Positions 60,486 through 64,000 of a DNA stretch of 64,000 nucleotides are shown here, piece by piece. This stretch comes from Azolla caroliniana (taxonomy: Eukaryota; Plantae; Polypodiophyta), in NCBI GenBank assembly GCA_043228905.1, contig JBHGNT010000017.1:5766001-5830000 (forward strand), read 5' to 3'. The notes under the pieces were generated by a model that was not told where the DNA came from, ran no database searches, and saw nothing but the letters and a program-made list of their open reading frames with translations. Every line of letters begins with the position of its first letter. Within the stretch, counting starts at the first letter, position 1. The position numbers and the translations under genes were made by a program.

Positions 60486-62286
60486 AAGAACGGATTGAAG
60501 CAGAAGAAGGAACTCATTTTTCATACATAGCATGGCATGCATGACGAAGACGACGAAAAAGAAGCAGAAAATAAAAAAGGTCATATTCACTGCAGAGAAA
60601 AGCTTCGCAAAGGTTTTAAACGATATAAATGGTCTGAGGATTCTTTTTTCGCGACTTCATGCAAGGATCACGACCTATACCTGATGAGTGAAAGAAGAAT
60701 CTTTACCATTTTCACGTCTTAAAGTTTATCTTCTTGAAATATTAATGATCTGCAGAATTCTGTTATTAGACGAGGGGCATAGTACTGGAACGAATTTTTT
60801 ATAGTACTGCAGATCTTTATGATTCCCGTGCGAATTTTTTTTATTCTTTGTTGAGATGTGAATGATCTGGAGAATTCCGTTATTAGTCAAGGGGAATCAT
60901 GATGGATCATTACCATTCCTGTGATAAATTCTGGATTCCATATAAAATGATTTGTGGTTAGTCACGCAGGTCTCGGCCTAAACTCCATGTATAGTGTTTC
61001 TGTGTATTAAAACTTTGGGTCGTTCTTAAAATGTGAATGATAATTCTGTTGTTATGTAAGGGGGCGTAACTCAAGATTAATAAATTTAGAGAGAAATTGC
61101 TTCTTGTTCTGATTCTCATCACATTGGGTTGAATATCATGTTTCTGTCTGAACATCAAAATCTTATTTTTCTACAGATGATATCCTGGATGAAGATCCAG
61201 GCTAACTATGGGTCAAAATGCTCAAGGATTATGTAATGATCTCATTAAGGTTTTTAGGGATCAATATGTAATGCATCAGATCGTTGTCCATATCAAAGTT
61301 TCTAACTAATTGTGTTACTAGGTGAAAAAAAAGGACTAAGAGTAAATAACTAATGGTTGTGACGAGCCAAGCACCATACATAGTAGTTGTGCTGAAGATC
61401 AATTGGGATCATGTTATAAGTAAGATAGTTCTGTATGCAATTAACAACATTCTATAATCAATTTCATAACAGAGTATGCCATGATCGTTTGTTGACTACA
61501 TATAATATCACTATTTCTATGTGATGCATGCATTAGAGAATTGTACCGTAAAATCGGATATGAAAATCCCAAAACATCTACTGGTTTTTTCTAGTATAAT
61601 GGATAATCATGTTAAAATTCCGGGTTATGTATGCATATAGGTAGGATCCATTGTTTATTTCCACGTTTAAACCTCACCACTCACACATCTAATATATTTC
61701 TTTTAATTACAGCGACTATTGTTGAGAATTCCAGACTCAAGGATTATGTAATATATAAAATCACCAAAGAGGTTTCCCAGGAGCCATTTTGTGTGGTATA
61801 TTTCCATACACAAGCAAGACATAAAGAGAATTGCCCAGGTGTGTTCAACTTACGGTGGATTTATGAGTCATTGCCACAAGAAATAAGATTGCGAATGGAG
61901 GCAATCTATTTTGTTCATCCAGGAATAATTTCAAGAACACTCATGGGAACTGTTGGTCGATTCTTGAGTGATGGGTAATGACTTATAGCACAATAAAATG
62001 AATTTATGTCTTCCCATTGTCTCTTGATAGAGTTCTTCAGAAGTAACCATGTTTTTTTAACCTAATTGTGTGTAGATTGTATGGCAAAGTGATCTATATA
62101 AGCCGGGTCGAGTTTCTTTGGGATCACATTAGGAAAGGGCAACTTGAAGTACCGGAGTTTATTTTTTATCACGACGACCTACTCGAAGATCGCCCTTTAA
62201 TGGATTACTGGTTCGAATCTGATCTATTCAAGTCGCACAATATATCACCTTTAGACCCTAATCCACCTTTGAGATGGATGCAATGA
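60237..62286 (+). CDS. Divergent CRAL-TRIO (Sec14-like; GDAP2/BCH-type) domain protein
   Basis: Exons 60237-60420, 61713-61974 and 62076-62286 (GT-AG, in phase). Motifs GIDRNRRTILRVVGKFLPA, PFCVVYFHT, LRWIYESLP, AIYFVHPG, LYGKVIYISR, VPEFI..HDDLLEDRPLMDY. Confidence 0.88.
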
Positions 62287-64000
62287 TGTATATATATGAA
62301 TGTATCATATTATATATATGAATGTATAGCGTATAACTTCGTGCTTACCTTTGTGCATAGTTTAATGTGAAGTCATGGTTTGTGCTTGATGAACTGCCAC
62401 AAAGTTTCTTGTCAATATATCGATTTGAGTTGCAAGTAGGTTCAATGTAATGTGGGGTGTGGCAAGCTTATTGCTTGTTGGCATTGTGGTTGTAATTATT
62501 TGTATGGCTATGAGCTATAGTGTTCAGTATAGGATTGTTCCTAGGCTTCTTAAAGAATATAATGTTAATTTTATACAAGGACTTCCCCCTATCTAACTCT
62601 TTTTCTTTCAATGGCCCTCACAATTTTTGGGGGAATACAAGGTAAGGCTATCAAAACAAGCAGATCATGTGCTCAAAATCCCTACTTAGAACCCAGCCAG
62701 AGTGTATCGAACAAACAACCTCCACACATATGACATGTCCATCTCAATTATGGCCAGATTCACATAAGACTAACTAAAGAGCAATATTCACTCCCTTCTA
62801 GTTTTGCACAATATATGCGAAATGGCTTAAAACATGGAATGTGAAAAGAGTTTCTAGGTTAATCATATATGCCAACAAACATTGAATCATGTCACATCTT
62901 GTGGATATATTCACATGGTACAACCACCAAATGTCAAGATGATGGAAATAATTGGAAGGTCTTGTGACATATCTCTACAATATTTGTTAATCTACAAAGC
63001 AACATTGAATGGTATCTAATCACATACATATTCCCCTTCCATATCATCTCAAATGAGGAGATCAACCTATCCTCTTTGTCCTCACACTGTTGACTTTGCC
63101 AGGAAAACATGAGGTTTTCATATGCACACTATCAAAAACAAGAGGTTGAGAACAAGTGACACTTCTAAATTAAGATATGATGCATATGTTGAAATGAGAA
63201 TGCATTTTTGGGACTTGATTACATATTGCAAACCCTACGATTTCTTGCACAAGAATATTATGTTTATTTATTTCCAAGTCTCGTACACATATGTTATGAC
63301 ATCCTTGTGAATTTAAAATATCATTACCATCATTGCCTTGACCCTTTATGCTCCTTACACATGCACCTAATGATATATTTTTGAGCACGTCACCTTTCAT
63401 ATGTTTCAAAATTAGTGTAAATACACAGACTTTTCATTTCGTATACTTGTCAAGAGAGAGATGGAGAGTTAAGAACTTTCTTCTCTAGAGTGCCTCACTT
63501 TAAATGCTCCTTCCTTTTGATAAACAAATCAATTGCATCGTTTCAATCCACATGTTTGTAAACAATAAAATCTTACCAACACATGTGAACACAAAGACGC
63601 ACTTGCCTTTAATGTAAGGAAGCTCTATACAAATTAATGGTATTCGTTTCATTGTTGCTTTTGATCAATGGAAACAGAGTCATAGAATTCCATTATTGAG
63701 CAATGCTTTCCTCAAATCTTCACGATTTATTGAATAAAAAAATATTAGAGTCCCACTTCTTAGTGAGATAAACATGAAGTCTTGGGGATATCCATGATGA
63801 CAACAAGAGTAGAAGTTTATTGAATTTGGTTTTGAAACGGTAGGTAGGCACAAAAAGTGTTCACATGTTGTCGTAAAGAGATTCACTGAGCATATAAGGA
63901 TAAATAAAAAATGAACTTTTCTCCTCGTTATAGAGCACGTAGGACCAAAACACATTGCCTTATTTGTTTCAATCATTAATATTCTAGTCTATTCGTAGTG

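Noticed and set aside
62540-64000. Short ORFs at the window end
   Set aside because: No recognisable domain; probably decayed TE or intergenic sequence.

Overview
Eukaryotic nuclear DNA from a land plant. The PLS-E PPR gene, VOZ, the intron-rich HDR gene and the TE-dense intergenic space fit a fern or other seedless vascular plant, but that assignment is inference. Host genes: a PLS-class PPR protein (+), a VOZ transcription factor (-), HDR/IspH (-) and a divergent CRAL-TRIO protein (+). They sit among Ty3/gypsy, Ty1/copia and LINE retroelements, including one copia with apparently identical LTRs. The stand-out is a 9,193-bp DNA transposon at 3004-12196 with 36-bp TIRs and a 4-bp TGTG TSD, inserted into an older LTR. 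It carries two divergent genes. One is a Sola1-like/DUF7869-type DDD transposase (+). The other is a six-exon gene (-) for a ~974-aa protein fusing a ParB/Srx-like domain to a prokaryote-type beta-class amino (N6-adenine/N4-cytosine) DNA methyltransferase. Intron 1 of the methyltransferase gene contains nine CpG-rich ~37-43-bp palindromes at a 51-52-bp period with nested higher-order symmetry. Together this looks like a plant transposon carrying its own DNA-modification module plus a candidate cis target array. All domain calls are by eye from motifs; no database searches were run.
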